Origin: Octopus bimaculoides
Lineage: Eukaryota
DNA length: 64,000 bases
Reading direction: 5' to 3'
Assembly (NCBI RefSeq): GCF_001194135.2
Contig: NC_068989.1
Coordinates: 32,710,792-32,774,791, forward strand
In this document: positions 28,493-43,512 of the stretch, in pieces
How the letters are laid out: every line of letters begins with the position of its first letter
Position numbering within the stretch: position 1 is the stretch's first letter
Notes under the pieces: model-generated
What the model saw: only the letters and a program-made list of their open reading frames with translations
The model's database searches: none
Told to the model about the DNA's origin: nothing
Position numbers and translations under genes: made by a program

Positions 28493-28790
28493 TTGGGAGA
28501 GTCATTATACCAATAATAATAAACATATGTATTGGTTCAGTATCACTTCTTTATTGTTAGTCAATCAATTAAATAGCTAACCAACTAATTATTCATTTGT
28601 TTGATGTGCTTGTTAAACAATTAATTGGTTAGTTGTTTGTTTGTCAAAATCTTCGAAGCTGACCTTGAAGAGAGAGAGAGAGAGAGCATGTCACTGATGA
28701 GGTCACCAAGTGTGATGAAAGGACTTTAACCAACACTAAAGAAGTGATATTGAACCAGTGCTTGTATTATTCTCAATAATATTAATACGC
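28493..28790. repeat. Internally palindromic repeat, related to 53380-53590
   Basis: ggttcagtatcacttcttta at ~28534 is inverted against taaagaagtgatattgaacc at ~28737; central gaccttgaagag...catgtca.tgatga...gtgatgaaaggacttt shared with 53380-53440. Confidence 0.8.
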
Positions 28791-31606
28791 TAACTTTTGG
28801 TTTTTGTACATACTTGTTGTGTGCGTCACACTTCAAAAAAGTGGCAAAGCAAGAGAGAAGAAGTAAGATAGAGAGAGAGAGAGAGAGTGAAAGAGAGAGT
28901 GAAAGAGACAGTGAGTGGTGACAGTGTTTGTTTTGTCTTTTTAAATGTTTCAGAGAAGATGTAAGAGGGAAAGAAAGAGAGTGAGTGAGAGAGAGAGAGA
29001 GAGTGAAAGAGACACTGAGTGGTTACGACGTCCATCGCAAGAGAAGTAGATACATAGATACATATACACATTGTTAAATCAAAAGCGGGAAAGAAGCGGG
29101 ACACAAAGTAAGTGAAAGAAAGAGAGAGAAACTGAGAGAGGCAATAGATACATAAATTCAAAGAAAAGTTCATACATAGATACATACACACAGCAAATAT
29201 TGGATGTCAGTTTCACTTTTCATTACCACACGAGGATAAAATTAACTCACAAGTGGCTGAGTACTCCACAGACATGTATAACATTAACGTAGTTCTCAGG
29301 GAGATTTAGCCTCACACAGAATAGGACAAGGCTGGCCCCTTTGAATTACAGCTACAACTCNNNNNNNNNNNNNNNNNNNNNNNNNNNNNNNNNNNNNNNN
29401 NNNNNNNNNNNNNNNNNNNNNNNNNNNNNNNNNNNNNNNNNNNNNNNNNNNNNNNNNNNNNNNNNNNNNNNNNNNNNNNNNNNNNNNNNNNNNNNNNNNN
29501 NNNNNNNNNNNNNNNNNNNNNNNNNNNNNNNNNNNNNNNNNNNNNNNNNNNNNNNNNNNNNNNNNNNNNNNNNNNNNNNNNNNNNNNNNNNNNNNNNNNN
29601 NNNNNNNNNNNNNNNNNNNNNNNNNNNNNNNNNNNNNNNNNNNNNNNNNNNNNNNNNNNNNNNNNNNNNNNNNNNNNNNNNNNNNNNNNNNNNNNNNNNN
29701 NNNNNNNNNNNNNNNNNNNNNNNNNNNNNNNNNNNNNNNNNNNNNNNNNNNNNNNNNNNNNNNNNNNNNNNNNNNNNNNNNNNNNNNNNNNNNNNNNNNN
29801 NNNNNNNNNNNNNNNNNNNNNNNNNNNNNNNNNNNNNNNNNNNNNNNNNNNNNNNNNNNNNNNNNNNNNNNNNNNNNNNNNNNNNNNNNNNNNNNNNNNN
29901 NNNNNNNNNNNNNNNNNNNNNNNNNNNNNNNNNNNNNNNNNNNNNNNNNNNNNNNNNNNNNNNNNNNNNNNNNNNNNNNNNNNNNNNNNNNNNNNNNNNN
30001 NNNNNNNNNNNNNNNNNNNNNNNNNNACTACCTCCAAGCCCATCATATGTATGTATGTATGTGTTTGTGTCTGTGTTTGCCCCCCCCCCACCATTGCTTA
30101 ACTGATGTTGGTGCGTTTGCATCCCTGTAATTTAGCTGTTCAGCAGAAGAGACTGATAGAATAAGCACCAGGCTTACAGAGGTCAATTTCTTTGACTAAA
30201 AGGTGGTGCTCCAGCATGGCTACCATCAGATGACTGAAACAAGTAAAAGATTAAAAGAATGCCAGAAAAACGTTCTGTACCATTAAACCAAGAAGGTTCT
30301 TTGAATATGTACGATGTATTCTAAGGTTAAATAGTAATTCCGTTTACGTTTGTGTAACTGAGATATATTGGTTGGATTATATAGTCATTGGTGTTACATT
30401 ACATTCTATATTTTGTAACTGTCATAATATACTTTTCTAGGCCTGAAATGTTTGTGGGGAGGGAGCTAGTTGATTAGCTCAACCCCAGTACACAACTGGT
30501 ACTTAATTTATTGACCCCTGAAAGGACGAAAGGCAAAGTTGACTTCGGCAGAATTTGAACTTAAAACATAAAGACAAACAGCCATAATATACAAACATTT
30601 CTCATGGCACCAGTACACTGTTTACAGATGCTTACATTTTTTATGTTTTCTGTGATTTTTTCACGGGTCCAGCTAGTTATTAGTGTAATGGCCCTCCCAA
30701 AATAACAAGACTATGGTCATTGTTGCTCTCAAATTGTTTATACCTAATTTAAACATGTTAATCACATATAAGCACCTTAAAATACTTCATTACTGTAGTC
30801 TATTTACATTGCTGACAACGTTAACCAATGATAAACAACTAGTGAAGGTTACTTACAAGAAATTATAGATGAGCATGTTCAACACAACAGTGATGTCATT
30901 GTTATGCAGATTATGGTAACTTTGCATGTATATTGATCAAAGTGTGACCTTTTGATTAGTACACTATTACATGATACAATAACTACTTAGTTATGATATT
31001 CTATATTTGAGGCAGCGACTTGTAAAATCAATCCTTCTATGTATCTGTTAATTCTGTTTGTAGAGTATGTGCAATAACTGTCATGTTGTATGCCAATAGT
31101 TCATGTAGTTCATTATCCAGTCTGTTAATTATGTTTTCTTTTCATCTCTTTCATAAGAGTATGTACAACTCCAGTTACTTCAGTTGAAGAGTTAGATCAC
31201 TAATGAACCTAGTTGAATCACCCCTTTGTTTCCTAACACATAACACACACTAAGTCATTGTTTTGACATATCCATGTTTTAACCAGTTTTACTGTTTAAT
31301 GTTCTGAAACTAACTTTCTAAACTTTGCAACATTAAATTGAAAGTGTGTTATTTTTCAGTAGTATTGGTTCACTCAAATTATTTATAGTGCATTACTCAT
31401 TTATAATTACAAAATATAATTATTAGTTACGTGTTTGTGACTATAATCACAGATATATAATGTACATATTTATTTATATATCATATAGATATAAAGATTT
31501 TATGTAATATATAATAGAGAATTATACATTTTTTATAATTAAAATATGACCATAATTGTATTGTCTGTCTAGTTGAAATTTTTATAAATTTCATTTTGAA
31601 ATTCAG

Positions 31607-31681
31607 AATGGAGAGCTGAAACTTGCTGACTTTGGACTTGCAAGAGCCTTTGGAATTCCAGTCCGTTGTTATTCAGCCGAG
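31607..31681 (+). CDS. CDK5: CDK5 coding exon (75 nt; [25 protein letters not shown])
   Basis: attcag acceptor, GAG|GTAAAT donor; DFG motif and CDK5-type T-loop CYSAE. Confidence 0.98.
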
Positions 31682-32094
31682 GTAAATCTGAGTTTGTTAT
31701 TTAAATTAGTTAAGCAAACATGTATTTGATATTTTAATCATTTTGTTATAAATTTTTTGGAATATATTTACAGTAGCTACATTTAATTTAGCTTATTATC
31801 AGAGAGTGAAAATACAATTAATTCTCCACCTGAAAAATGTATTTCAGAATAAGAATTTATCACTTATTGACTAATTCAACTTTTTCAGATTTATCTATTT
31901 GTATAACATTTGTTCTGAAGTAAAGATTTTCGGATGCTGCAGAGAAATGACCTTATCACTGAATGTGTAATTCCAGTCTGTCTGAGAATCTAAACATAAT
32001 TGGGCTAACTCTTTAATTCTTGAAGTACTTTTTCTATGTAAATCTCCCAATCTTGTTACAAATTAGTGATTTTGAAGAAAATGTAATGCCCTTC

Positions 32095-33285
32095 AACCGG
32101 GGCTACCGGATGGTCTGAAAGACCAATTCTATGACACCCTCTTGCAAACTACCTCGTCGACAAGGGACAGGGACCTTCTCTTTGTGGCTGGTGACTTCAA
32201 TGGTCATGTCGGACGTTGTGCTGGAGGCTTCCATGGCATACATGTNNNNNNNNNNNNNNNNNNNNNNNNNNNNNNNNNNNNNNNNNNNNNNNNNNNNNNN
32301 NNNNNNNNNNNNNNNNNNNNNNNNNNNNNNNNNNNNNNNNNNNNNNNNNNNNNNNNNNNNNNNNNNNNNNNNNNNNNNNNNNNNNNNNNNNNNNNNNNNN
32401 NNNNNNNNNNNNNNNNNNNNNNNNNNNNNNNNNNNNNNNNNNNNNNNNNNNNNNNNNNNNNNNNNNNNNNNNNNNNNNNNNNNNNNNNNNNNNNNNNNNN
32501 NNNNNNNNNNNNNNNNNNNNNNNNNNNNNNNNNNNNNNNNNNNNNNNNNNNNNNNNNNNNNNNNNNNNNNNNNNNNNNNNNNNNNNNNNNNNNNNNNNNN
32601 NNNNNNNNNNNNNNNNNNNNNNNNNNNNNNNNNNNNNNNNNNNNNNNNNNNNNNNNNNNNNNNNNNNNNNNNNNNNNNNNNNNNNNNNNNNNNNNNNNNN
32701 NNNNNNNNNNNNNNNNNNNNNNNNNNNNNNNNNNNNNNNNNNNNNNNNNNNNNNNNNNNNNNNNNNNNNNNNNNNNNNNNNNNNNNNNNNNNNNNNNNNN
32801 NNNNNNNNNNNNNNNNNNNNNNNNNNNNNNNNNNNNNNNNNNNNNNNNNNNNNNNNNNNNNNNNNNNNNNNNNNNNNNNNNNNNNNNNNNNNNNNNNNNN
32901 NNNNNNNNNNNNNNNNNNNNNNNNNNNNNNNNNNNNNNNNNNNNNNNNNNNNNNNNNNNNNNNNNNNNNNNNNNNNNNNNNNNNNNNNNNNNNNNNNNNN
33001 NNNNNNNNNNNNNNNNNNNNNNNNNNNNNNNNNNNNNNNNNNNNNNNNNNNNNNNNNNNNNNNAGAATAGTGATGTCGTAGGAGAGAAATGTGTTCACAT
33101 GGATGATGGTACGCTTGCACTAAATGAGGCTGCAAAGAAAGAGGTCTGGAGATGCCACTACGATAGATTGCTTAATAAAGAGAATGAATGGGAGAAAGAG
33201 AGTCTGCCGTATGTCGACCCAACAGAGGGACCAGCTATCCGAGTTGACAGTACCAGGGTAGATAAAGCAATTAAGAGATGTCTCT
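32095..33285 (+). mobile_element. RTE LINE fragment (endonuclease to linker), mostly hidden by a gap
   Basis: DRDLLFVAGDFNGHVG before the gap; SDVVGEKCVHMDDGTLALNEAAKKEVW after it. Confidence 0.85.
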
Positions 33286-33289
33286 TCTG

Positions 33290-35150
33290 GCATGGTTTCT
33301 GTGACTGGATACCCTTCTTAATGCTAACCACTTTACAGAGTATATAGGGTGCTTTTTATGTGGTACCAGCATCAGTGCTTTTTCTGTGGTACCTTGATTT
33401 TAGAATATCAGTTCTGTTGTGGTGGGCAGATTTTTTTGAGTACAGCAATGTGTCATATATCTTGGCCTTTGCCAACTTCTTCATAAGGCCCCATGTTTTG
33501 AGATAGGCCTTCAATACTTTGTCCCATGTTTTCTGGGGTCTCCCTCTTCTACAACTTCCCTCCATTTTGAGTGATCGGCACTTGTTTATGCAGCTGTCCT
33601 CATCCATCTATAGCACATGACCAAACCAGCACAGTCTTCTTTCATGCATACTGCATATAATTCCTCTTATGCCTAACTTTTCTCTCAATACACTAGTGCT
33701 CTGTTGCACATATACACTGACATTGCACATCCATTAGAGCCTACCAGCTTCTCTAGTCTTCACATGCCCTTCATGTTCAGGACCCATGTCTCCCTACCAT
33801 GTAGCATTGCAGTTCATGCATGTGCATCATACAATTTTCTTTTCACTCAGAGAGAGAGAGAGACCTTTGGTTGCTGACAGAGGCAAAAGCTCTCTGAACT
33901 TTCTCCATCCTACTCTTATTCTAGCAACTACACTTTTGGTGCATCTTCCTCCACTGCTAATTAGGTCACCTTGTAGCAGAAATTATCTACTACTTCTAGA
34001 AAGCCTCTGGAGCATTTGAGGAAATTGTTTTCCTGTGCATTGTATTCTTTATGGCTCTTGTACATTTGAGTACACTGAATGGAATTTCTACTTACACCTT
34101 TCCTACTCATCAAGTAGGGCCATTTACCTGAAGTGGATAGGGTCCTATCTGATTTCTTGCTTACTAGGACCATGGTCTTTGCTAGGTTAACTTTAAGATC
34201 CTTTGATCCCAGGTTCTGTTTCCACACCTAGAATTTCTTTTCTAGTTCTGTTACAGATTCTGCTATGAGGCAAGATCATTAACATATAGTAGTTCCCATG
34301 AGCTTCCAGATCTAAATTCCTCTGTTGTGGCCTGAAGGACTTTGATGAATAAGAGGGGGCTAAGGACTGAACCTTGGTGAACTCCTACCTTTACACAAAT
34401 TCGTCGCTGTATTTTTGGCTAGCTCTTACCTTACTAACAGCACCCCTATACATGGCCTGTACTGCTTTCACAAGTCATTCGTCTACTCCAAACTTCCTCA
34501 AAGACCACCATATTACAGAGTGAGGTACTCTGTTGAAGGCTTTCTCTAGATCAAGAAATAGTGGCTTGTTCATAGCTAAATATTTCTCATGCAGTTGCCT
34601 GACTGTGAAAATGACATTCATGGTGCTTCTCCCCAGGACAAAGCCAAACTGCATTTCATCTAGTCTAATTCTGTTCCTAATTGATTGGTCTATAGCTCTC
34701 TCTATAATTTTCATCACTTGATCCAGCAATTTGATGCCTCTGTAATTACTTTTATCTGAGGCATCTCCCATACCCTTCTAGCAGTTAACTATGATGCTGC
34801 TACACTTGTCATTAGGGACTATGCCTTCCTGAATAACCTGATTAACTATACTGGTTACTGGACAGTATCCAACTCTACCAGAGTATCTCAGCAGTAACCT
34901 CTGTTGGACTAGGGGCCTTCCCTGTCTTCATATATTTGATTGCTTTATCTATCATGCTGCTGTCAACTAGGATACTTGGTCCCTCTTTTAGGTTCACATA
35001 GGGAATACTCCCTTTCTCCCATTCATTCTCCACATTTGATAGCCTTTCATAGTAGCTCTTCCACACCTCTTTTTAAGATCACTAAGAGCAAGCATACCAT
35101 TATCCAGACACACGTACATCTCTCCCACAACATCTCATTTCTCTCCAACA
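33290..35150 (-). mobile_element. Older RTE LINE fragments
   Basis: RGRPQKTWDKVL, NYRGIKLLDQVMK, QFGFVLGRST, DLEKAFNRV. Confidence 0.85.
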
Positions 35151-35876
35151 CACACACACACACATATTACATACATTTTTGTTTGAAATTTTGAGATTAA
35201 GAAATATCATTATATTCCCTCTCTCACCCTCTGGGAGAGAGGCACAAGCACATACACAGACATATACACACATGGCAGTAACTTTTGCCTACCAAATTCA
35301 ATCACAAAGCTTCGGTCGGCTCGGAGCTATAGCAGAAGACACTTGCCCGAGGTGCCACGCGGTGGGACTGAACCCAAAACCATGCAGCTGGGAAGCAAGC
35401 TTCCTAACCACACANNNNNNNNNNNNNNNNNNNNNNNNNNNNNNNNNNNNNNNNNNNNNNNNNNNNNNNNNNNNNNNNNNNNNNNNNNNNNNNNNNNNNN
35501 NNNNNNNNNNNNNNNNNNNNNNNNNNNNNNNNNNNNNNNNNNNNNNNNNNNNNNNNNNNNNNNNNNNNNNNNNNNNNNNNNNNNNNNNNNNNNNNNNNNN
35601 NNNNNNNNNNNNNNNNNNNNNNNNNNNNNNNNNNNNNNNNNNNNNNNNNNNNNNNNNNNNNNNNNNNNNNNNNNNNNNNNNNNNNNNNNNNNNNNNNNNN
35701 NNNNNNNNNNNNNNNNNNNNNNNNNNNNNNNNNNNNNNNNNNNNNNNNNNNNNNNNNNNNNNNNNNNNNNNNNNNNNNNNNNNNNNNNNNNNNNNNNNNN
35801 NNNNNNNNNNNNNNNNNNNNAGTCAAACCGTCCAACCCTGCCAGTATGGAAAGCGGACGTTAAACAATGATGATGA

Positions 35877-35918
<42 letters not shown>

Positions 35919-38421
35919 TGATCTATTCAGATGAGTGTCCTTATCGTTGTTGTTATAGTTACAATGTTTTGTCACATACACCTTTCATATCTGGTAATAT
36001 TCTCAGCATTTTTAGATGAACTGTTTATTAAATCCATGGTGGTAGATTGTTCTTTGCCCATATGAGGGATATTCTCATATCATTAATCTCCTACATGTAA
36101 TGTTTACTCATTCTTTAAGACTGGAAGTATGTTTTTTATTGATTGAGTGATTGAACTTTCACTCACCAGGTAAACTCCAACATTTAACAGCTGACACTTA
36201 ATCAATACTTTTATCTCTTATTCCATTGTCTATATGTTAATTGAGTAGCAGAAATTGAGTGCTTTATAGAAAGAACATTAAAATCAGCTTTAACACATCA
36301 TTAATCACACTTAACCTTAATCTCAGAAAATATTATTATCATGATCAATAGTCAATACTGCTCTACCAAGCCCAGACCCTCAGCTCTTTTATTCTGTATG
36401 TATACAACCAAAGATAGACTTCTGTTTTCAACCACATTTCCACAGCACTTCTGCTTCATTGAACTATTCTCTATAACTGTTTTCTCCTTTCCTCTGACTG
36501 TTAGACTACTTCTAACTTTCCCAAGACACTTCTCTCCCCTTCAAAAGACTCAAAAACTTGTGTAGCCTCTTGGTTAGAAGCTTCTTTTCCCCCTACAACA
36601 CACATCCTAGCATCTTTAAATGCTCCTGTCCTTGATACCAATCTTATTTACTGTATCACCTGTAAATTCCAAAAGTTTGTATTCACCTGTGAAACTGACC
36701 ATTGACCAGATGATCACTTTCATGTCTCCTTGCTGTCCATAACATTTCAATTCAACAACCTTTCTCTTCTCCATTTCTCAAATTAACAAGCTTTCATGTC
36801 AATTACCTTCTCTCCTTCACTTTTGTCCTCCTACTAACATGTATTTATCCTAGTTACTCAACTCCTCAATTCTTCCCAATTATTTTTCTCTCTTGATACT
36901 TCCAGTCTGTTTATTTAAAGCCCTTATGTAGTTACAAGAAGATATAGAACAACCCATCAGCCTTCCCATCCTCAACCCAGCCAAACATTGAGGATGTAAC
37001 AGCTAGAGGAATAGAGGGTTGCACCAGTACTAGGCTGGCACTCATTTTCAACTGAGTAGACTGATGCAACATAAAATTATAAAACCTTGCCCTGGGACAC
37101 AATGCACCAACCAGTCTAGGAATTGAATCCATAACCTTATGATCATGAGCCCACATCTTGACCACTAGGCCTCTAAAGTATCATAAAATTACAAATTTTT
37201 GATATGAGTCTATACTGGTACTTAATCTAACACACAAATCCATGCTCCTCCTCTTACCTTGATTTCAATTATTAACTAGATAAATGTACTGATATCTCCC
37301 TATATTCCTACTGTCTCCTGCAGAGTACATATTTTCTGCCACATCATTCAAGGCTGAATACATCTTCCATGTGGTGATGATTGGTAAAATGATCAAAATT
37401 TAAACACAAACTGTCATCCATTGAACTCTGCTCTTTGCTTTTTGCCCCATTATCGTATCACTGTTTTTATATTTTGTTTCCAACAGTTCACATATACCCT
37501 TATGTCTCTGGAATACCTTCATTCTCATGTACCTTAAGAAAATTCCAATCTTCAAATTGTTATCGTCTTCCTCCAATCTCAAATATGTGGCCTTGTACTT
37601 TTAATGGAAATAATTATAGTATGTTTACATAGGTAGATGGTCCTGCAATAAAGAATCTCTCTATACATCTCATTTCTATTGTCTGAGATGCTCAGTGTTT
37701 TCAGATTCAACCTTATTATTTCCTCTTGTGCATTTTTCTTCACCTTCCTTTATTCTAAATATCTGTGAACTCCTGAAACATTTTAATCTAGCAAGAATCA
37801 TCTGTTCAAGTCCATACCTAGAAAGATCTGCATTATTGCTCATGTTTTGGTTTTCTATATCATCACATTTCTTATACAAGTCTCATAATCTTCTTTTGTA
37901 AGGAATGAGAAACATGTTGACGTCAGATGTAGTAATTCTCAAAGCTTCTTTTACCATGTTCTAAATGTAATCTCAATATTTTCCTTTTGTCTGATTCCAG
38001 TGCTACTTGTATCACGCCAGTAACAAAATATATCTACTAGTAGCAATAATAATTTATTCAATTATCTCAGGATTTTTATTTTGTGGTTGTCCCTGCCATC
38101 AACTACTCTAGTGCATCTGTTAGTTGCAGTTCTTCAGTTTTCACTCATCTCATCAAAGATATTCCTTGCTGATTATGGGCAATGCTTCTTATCATTCTTG
38201 GACATAATGATAAACAATACTCCTTTTCTAATTTATGTTCAAGAATAAAAAAAAACTGTCTGCAAATACTTTAGCTATTTCAGGTGAGGTTGTAAACTTA
38301 GCACATTTTCTTTTTAAAAATGTTAAAATTTAAAAATTTATATTTTGTGATTTTATCATGCATCGCTATAATACATATTTTGTTAATATAAATTATTTTC
38401 ATGTTTCTTAATGTATTATAG

Positions 38422-38518
38422 GTTGTCACTCTATGGTATCGTCCTCCTGATGTATTATTTGGTGCTAAGCTCTATTCAACATCCATTGATATGTGGTCAG
38501 CAGGGTGCATATTTGCAG
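38422..38518 (+). CDS. CDK5: CDK5 coding exon (97 nt; [32 protein letters not shown])
   Basis: attatag acceptor, CAG|GTAAAT donor; matches the CDK5 sequence as I recall it. Confidence 0.98.
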
Positions 38519-39034
38519 GTAAATTATGTGACTTACATATTCTTCAAGCAATTGTTTTCACTGCTGGATACCCTTTTGTACAACTAAAGTGATAGTTTAG
38601 CCATAAAATTGGAGTTAAACTTTTCAGTGAGGCAAACTTAGAATCTGCCTTATTGGAGTAGCACAACAATGTTCATTAAATGTACTGACCATGTGGTTAA
38701 TAGGCCAGATATTGTGTACTCTGTGTGGTATATTGATATCTGTTTCTTAAATATATGATGTGGCATATATGTGTATGTATTTGAGATTAAATATTTCAGA
38801 GTCATTACTTTAATTTTCGTACAAATATGTATGTGGAACAAATTAACTGGGATTGCAAACCTATGCTTAATGATTTCAGACAGCTATACACCCCTTGAAA
38901 TCACTTAAGGGATGATCTACATTACTAATTCAGATTTACAGTTTCAAAATAGGGATGACATTTTGCAACTTTGGGCTTTATAATTATAGTTAACAAAACA
39001 GGAGCACATAAATACTACACACCCACATCTCAAC

Positions 39035-41012
39035 CATATATTCAGCATTCTTACATTTTTATAAGAAAAATAGGGAACATATGCACAGACATCAGCATCA
39101 TCATCATTTAACGTCCACCTTCCATGTTGGCATGGGTTGGACAGTTTGACTGAAAACTGGTAAGCTGGGCATGGTTTCTACAGCTGGATACCCTTCCTAA
39201 TGCCAACCATTCCAAGAGTGTATAGGGTGCTTTTTACATGCCACCAGCATGGGTACCATTGATGTGACACTGGTATTGGCCATGACTACAATCTCACTTG
39301 GTTTGACAGGTCTTCACAAGCACGGTATATTGCCAAAGGTCTTGGTTACCTGTCACTGCCTAAGTGAGGCCCAATGCTCGAATGGTACTTTTTACGTATC
39401 ACCAGCCTGAGTGCAAGTTTGATGGCACTGCTTCGTCCACAACTACAATTTCACTTGGCTTGACAGGTCTTCTCAAGCACAGCATATTACCCAACATTTG
39501 AGGGTGCTTTTTACATGCCAGTTATATGACATTGGCATCAGCCACGACTGCAATCTCACTTGGCTTGATGGGTCTTCTCAAGTACAGCATATCATCAAAG
39601 GTCTCAGTCACTTGTCATTGCCTCTGTGAAGCCCAACATTCGAAGATCGTACTTCACCACCTCATCCCATGTCTTCCTGGGTTTACTTCTTCCACAGGTT
39701 CCCTCCACTGTTAGAGTGCAACACTTCTTCACACAGCTATCCTTGTCCATATGTATCACATGACCATACCAGTGCAGTCATCTCTCTTACACACCACATC
39801 TGATGCCTCTTATGCCCAACTTTTCTCTCAGGACACTTACACTCTGTCATGCATGCACACTGAAATTATACATCCAGTAAAGCATAATAGTTTCATTTCT
39901 TACCAGCCTACGCATGTCCTCAGCAGTCACAGCCCATGTTTCATGGCTGTCTGTACATCAGCATCATACAGTATGCCTTTCACTCTGAGAGAGAGGCTCT
40001 TTGTTACCAACAGAGGTAGGAGCCCTCTGAACTTTGCCCAGTCCATTCTTATTGTAGCAGCTGTGCTCTCAGAGTATCCACTCCCACTATTGACTTGGTC
40101 ACCTAGGTAAGCTAACTACTTCTAGTTTTCCTCACTGGGATGTGATGGAATCTGTTTTCTGTATATTTTTAGTGTTAATTGTACTTATGTGTTAATTGCA
40201 CCTTTCACACAAAAACTATTTTCCCTGTTAACTTTCTTCTGATATTGCTGCACCTCTTATGTGTCCATAGCTTACACCAGGTACATCTTATGGAGTTTCA
40301 ACCAACACCTTTTCTACAGATGGAGCAGGGCCATCTACCTGAGGGATTTGTGATTTGTCTGCTCTCCTACTTACTCAGATTTTGGTTTTTGCTAGATTGA
40401 TTTTATGGCCCTTGCATCTATGTCTCAAATTTCTTCTCTAGTTCTGGTAGTGATTTGGCTATAAGAACAAGGTCATCAGCATGGAGGAGCTCCCAGAGGC
40501 AGCCTATCTTAAATTCCTCTGTTATTGCCTGGAGGTCTATGATGAACAAGAAGGGAGCTGAGGACTAAACCTTGGTGGACCCTACTTGTACCCTAAATTC
40601 ATCACTATACTCATTACTAACCCTCACTTGTACAGCTCTCCCCAACCACTCATTTATACCTAGCTTCCAAATTGACCACCAGATAAGAGAGTGCGGGACT
40701 CTGTCAAAGGTTGTCTCCCTATCAATAAAAGCCAGGTACAAGAGTTTATTTTTGGATAGATATTTCTCCTGTAGTTGCATAACCAGGAATATAGCATCAG
40801 TCATGCTCCCGTCTGGTACAAATCCAATCTTCCTAATTAATTGGGGTATGACCCTCTCTATAACTTTCATCACCTAATCCAACAATTTGATACCTCTGTA
40901 ATTGTTTCTGCCATTCATTTTTCACATTTAGCAGCCTTTCTTAGTGGTGTTTCCAAGTCTCTTTCTTTGCAGAATCATTAAATGCAAGTGAACCATCATC
41001 CATGTGGACAAA
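39035..41012 (-). mobile_element. RTE LINE remnant with 3' UTR and (ATC)n tail
   Basis: Tail and UTR at 39035-39620; RT fragments MMKVIERVI...DAIFLVMQLQEKYL. Confidence 0.85.
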
Positions 41013-42319
41013 AGTTGAATGATGAGTTGTTTTTATTTTGTTTTACTCTGATGATATTCCAAGAGCGTACTGTATCCAAAGTGTTTAGTAGCTTACACTT
41101 GCTGAGGATTCATTGAAATATTATCTATAATAAAAATGGACAGCAAAAGATAGCTGGAAATGTTTCTGTGTGTTTCAATAAGTTATCGATAATGCATTGT
41201 TTTAAATTATATCTTACAGATTGTTAGTTTTCACACAAACTTTTAAAATACAACTGGAAACAATATTAGCTTCTGCTAACTTGATTTGAGGAAAAATGAA
41301 CTACAAATAGTAGACAACTTTAATGAAAATTCTTCTCACTTTTTTCTGTCTTTCTTCTACTCTGTACTGTCTAGACTTCTTTCTAAGTTCTTACTGGCAT
41401 GACCCATCCAGTTGAGACCATGCTAGAGCATTGTTTTGAGGCCTGTAGTAATATCATATTTGTCATATGATGCATGAAGGACTTCAATATCTCTACCTTT
41501 AACCATTTTCCCTATTGTGTTAAACATGAATTTTATATTTACTTCATTTAGCATGGATTAAATGAATATATTATCAGAGGTTGTTTTACTGCTGGATGCC
41601 CTTCCTGTTGCTAACTTGTATCTGTTTCTCAAGTAAGGGATCTTTTATTCCTCAGATCTTCAAAGTTACAGTGCCAAAGAACAATGCGTTGATTGGAGAA
41701 ATGATGATGTCACTACTTGTTAATTGGCAATTTTCAGAGAAGCACAAATGCAAACTAACTCATAGACACATACATGCACACACAACCTCTTTTCACACCT
41801 ACTCACCCACTTTTTTGTTCCTCTATCCCTATTCTCTCTTATATTCACCTTGTACCTTGAAGAAATTTCACTTTCTTTCTCTCTCTCTCTCTCTCTCTCA
41901 GCCATGTATTAATCTTTTCAGCAAGACACCTGTTTCTGTCCCTTCATCATACTTTTGTTTCCTTCAATAATATATCCCAATATGTTGAGGGGTTTTGTTT
42001 TGCATGTACTTGAGAAACTTACTAGTGCTGGTGCCATGAAAAAAACACCCAGTACACTTTGTAAAGTGGTTAGCATTAGAAAGAGCATCCAGCTCTAGAA
42101 GCTCATCATCATTTAATGTCCATCTTCCATGCATGCAGATAAAAGCTATACAAATAAAAATCGTCTTACTCATTGGTTTCTATTTAACTATCCAACCCAT
42201 GCCAGCTCTTTTGTGCTCAAGTTGTCTGTTATATCTACAATCACCTCCTCTACAAATCAGATGCCTGAACTATTCATGGACTTGATTTCATGGCTGCTGT
42301 TACTGCTGCTATGACTTGC

Positions 42320-42607
42320 TACTGCTGGCTGTTGCCAGTACCGCCTGACTGGCCTTCGTCAGCACCCACTACACTCTTGGAGTGGTTGGCATTAGGAAGG
42401 GCATCCAGCTGTAGAAACTCTGCCAAATCAGATTGGAGCCTGGTGTAGCCACCTGGTCCACTAGTCCTCAGTCAAATCATCCAACCCATGCTAGCATGGA
42501 AAGCGGATGTTAAACGATGATGATGATGATGTTGCCACTGCTGCCTCTGCAACTGCTGCTGCAGCTACTACTACTACCACCACCACCACCACCACCACCA
42601 CCACCAG

Positions 42608-42667
<60 letters not shown>
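42320..42667 (+). repeat. RTE-family 3' end followed by compound (GAT)n/(ACC)n/(ACT)n microsatellite
   Basis: Read directly from the sequence. Confidence 0.85.
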
Positions 42668-43442
42668 GCATCTATTACATTTGGAGTGCTGGGCGCCTGT
42701 CTTTCAGGAAGTCCATAATACCTATTGTGTGCACTGAATAAACAGTTTGAGAGTTCTATTTTTTTCACATAACGAGTAAGGCCACTTTACAGATAATAGG
42801 AAGATCTCAAGAGTTTTATTACAAATCAGAATTTTAGTCTTTGCTATACTAGATTCTAGACCCTTCTACCAAGTTGAAAGCTTTCTCTGTAAGTCTTCTA
42901 CTACTTCTGCTTTGAGAACCAGCCCATAAGTTTACAAAAACACTTCCAATGATATTCAGTCCTATCAAGGACTTGTCAGCTGAGATCAGAGCTCTGGTGA
43001 GCATATACCTGTACACTAAAGTAGTTAGTGAATTCTATGGTAATTCTAACTTACTGCAATCTTGTACATGGCTAGAATTACTCTCACATACTCTTAGTAG
43101 ATGACTGGTATTTTATGCATCAGCCCTAGAGGAATGAAAGACAAAGTTGACTTTGGTGGGATTTGAATTCAGAACATAAAGAACCAGAACAATTGGCACA
43201 AAGCATCTGTCCAATGCTCTTATAATTCCCCTAATTGACCACCATTTGTATCTGATTATTAATTGAATAGCCAAGTATTAATCTGTCACTAAAGGTAGCA
43301 GTTTGTCTTTTTTATCTCAAGAAAGCAAAACTTCAGCATTATTTAAACTTATAAACTATTTTAGTTAAATTTGTCTTCCTGCTTTTAAAATTTATATTAT
43401 TATGGATTTTATTGTTTAGAAATAACTTACTTTTTCTTTTAG

Positions 43443-43512
43443 AGTTGGCTAATGCTGGACGGCCTTTATTTCCTGGAAATGATGTTGATGATCAACTGAA
43501 GAGAATTTTCAA
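43443..43512 (+). CDS. CDK5: CDK5 coding exon (70 nt; [23 protein letters not shown])
   Basis: tttttcttttag acceptor, AA|GTAAAA donor; phases consistent with neighbouring exons. Confidence 0.97.

Noticed and set aside
28685-28735. Hammerhead-like CTGATGA-gtcac/gtgat-GAAA (also 53398-53440)
   Set aside because: I could not build a valid stem I, stem III and UH site in type I or type III topology; the second copy has TTGATGA
41043-41120. CTGATGA and CTGAGGA motifs with a possible ttact/agtag stem I
   Set aside because: GAAA is missing for the first motif, and stems I and II are absent for the second
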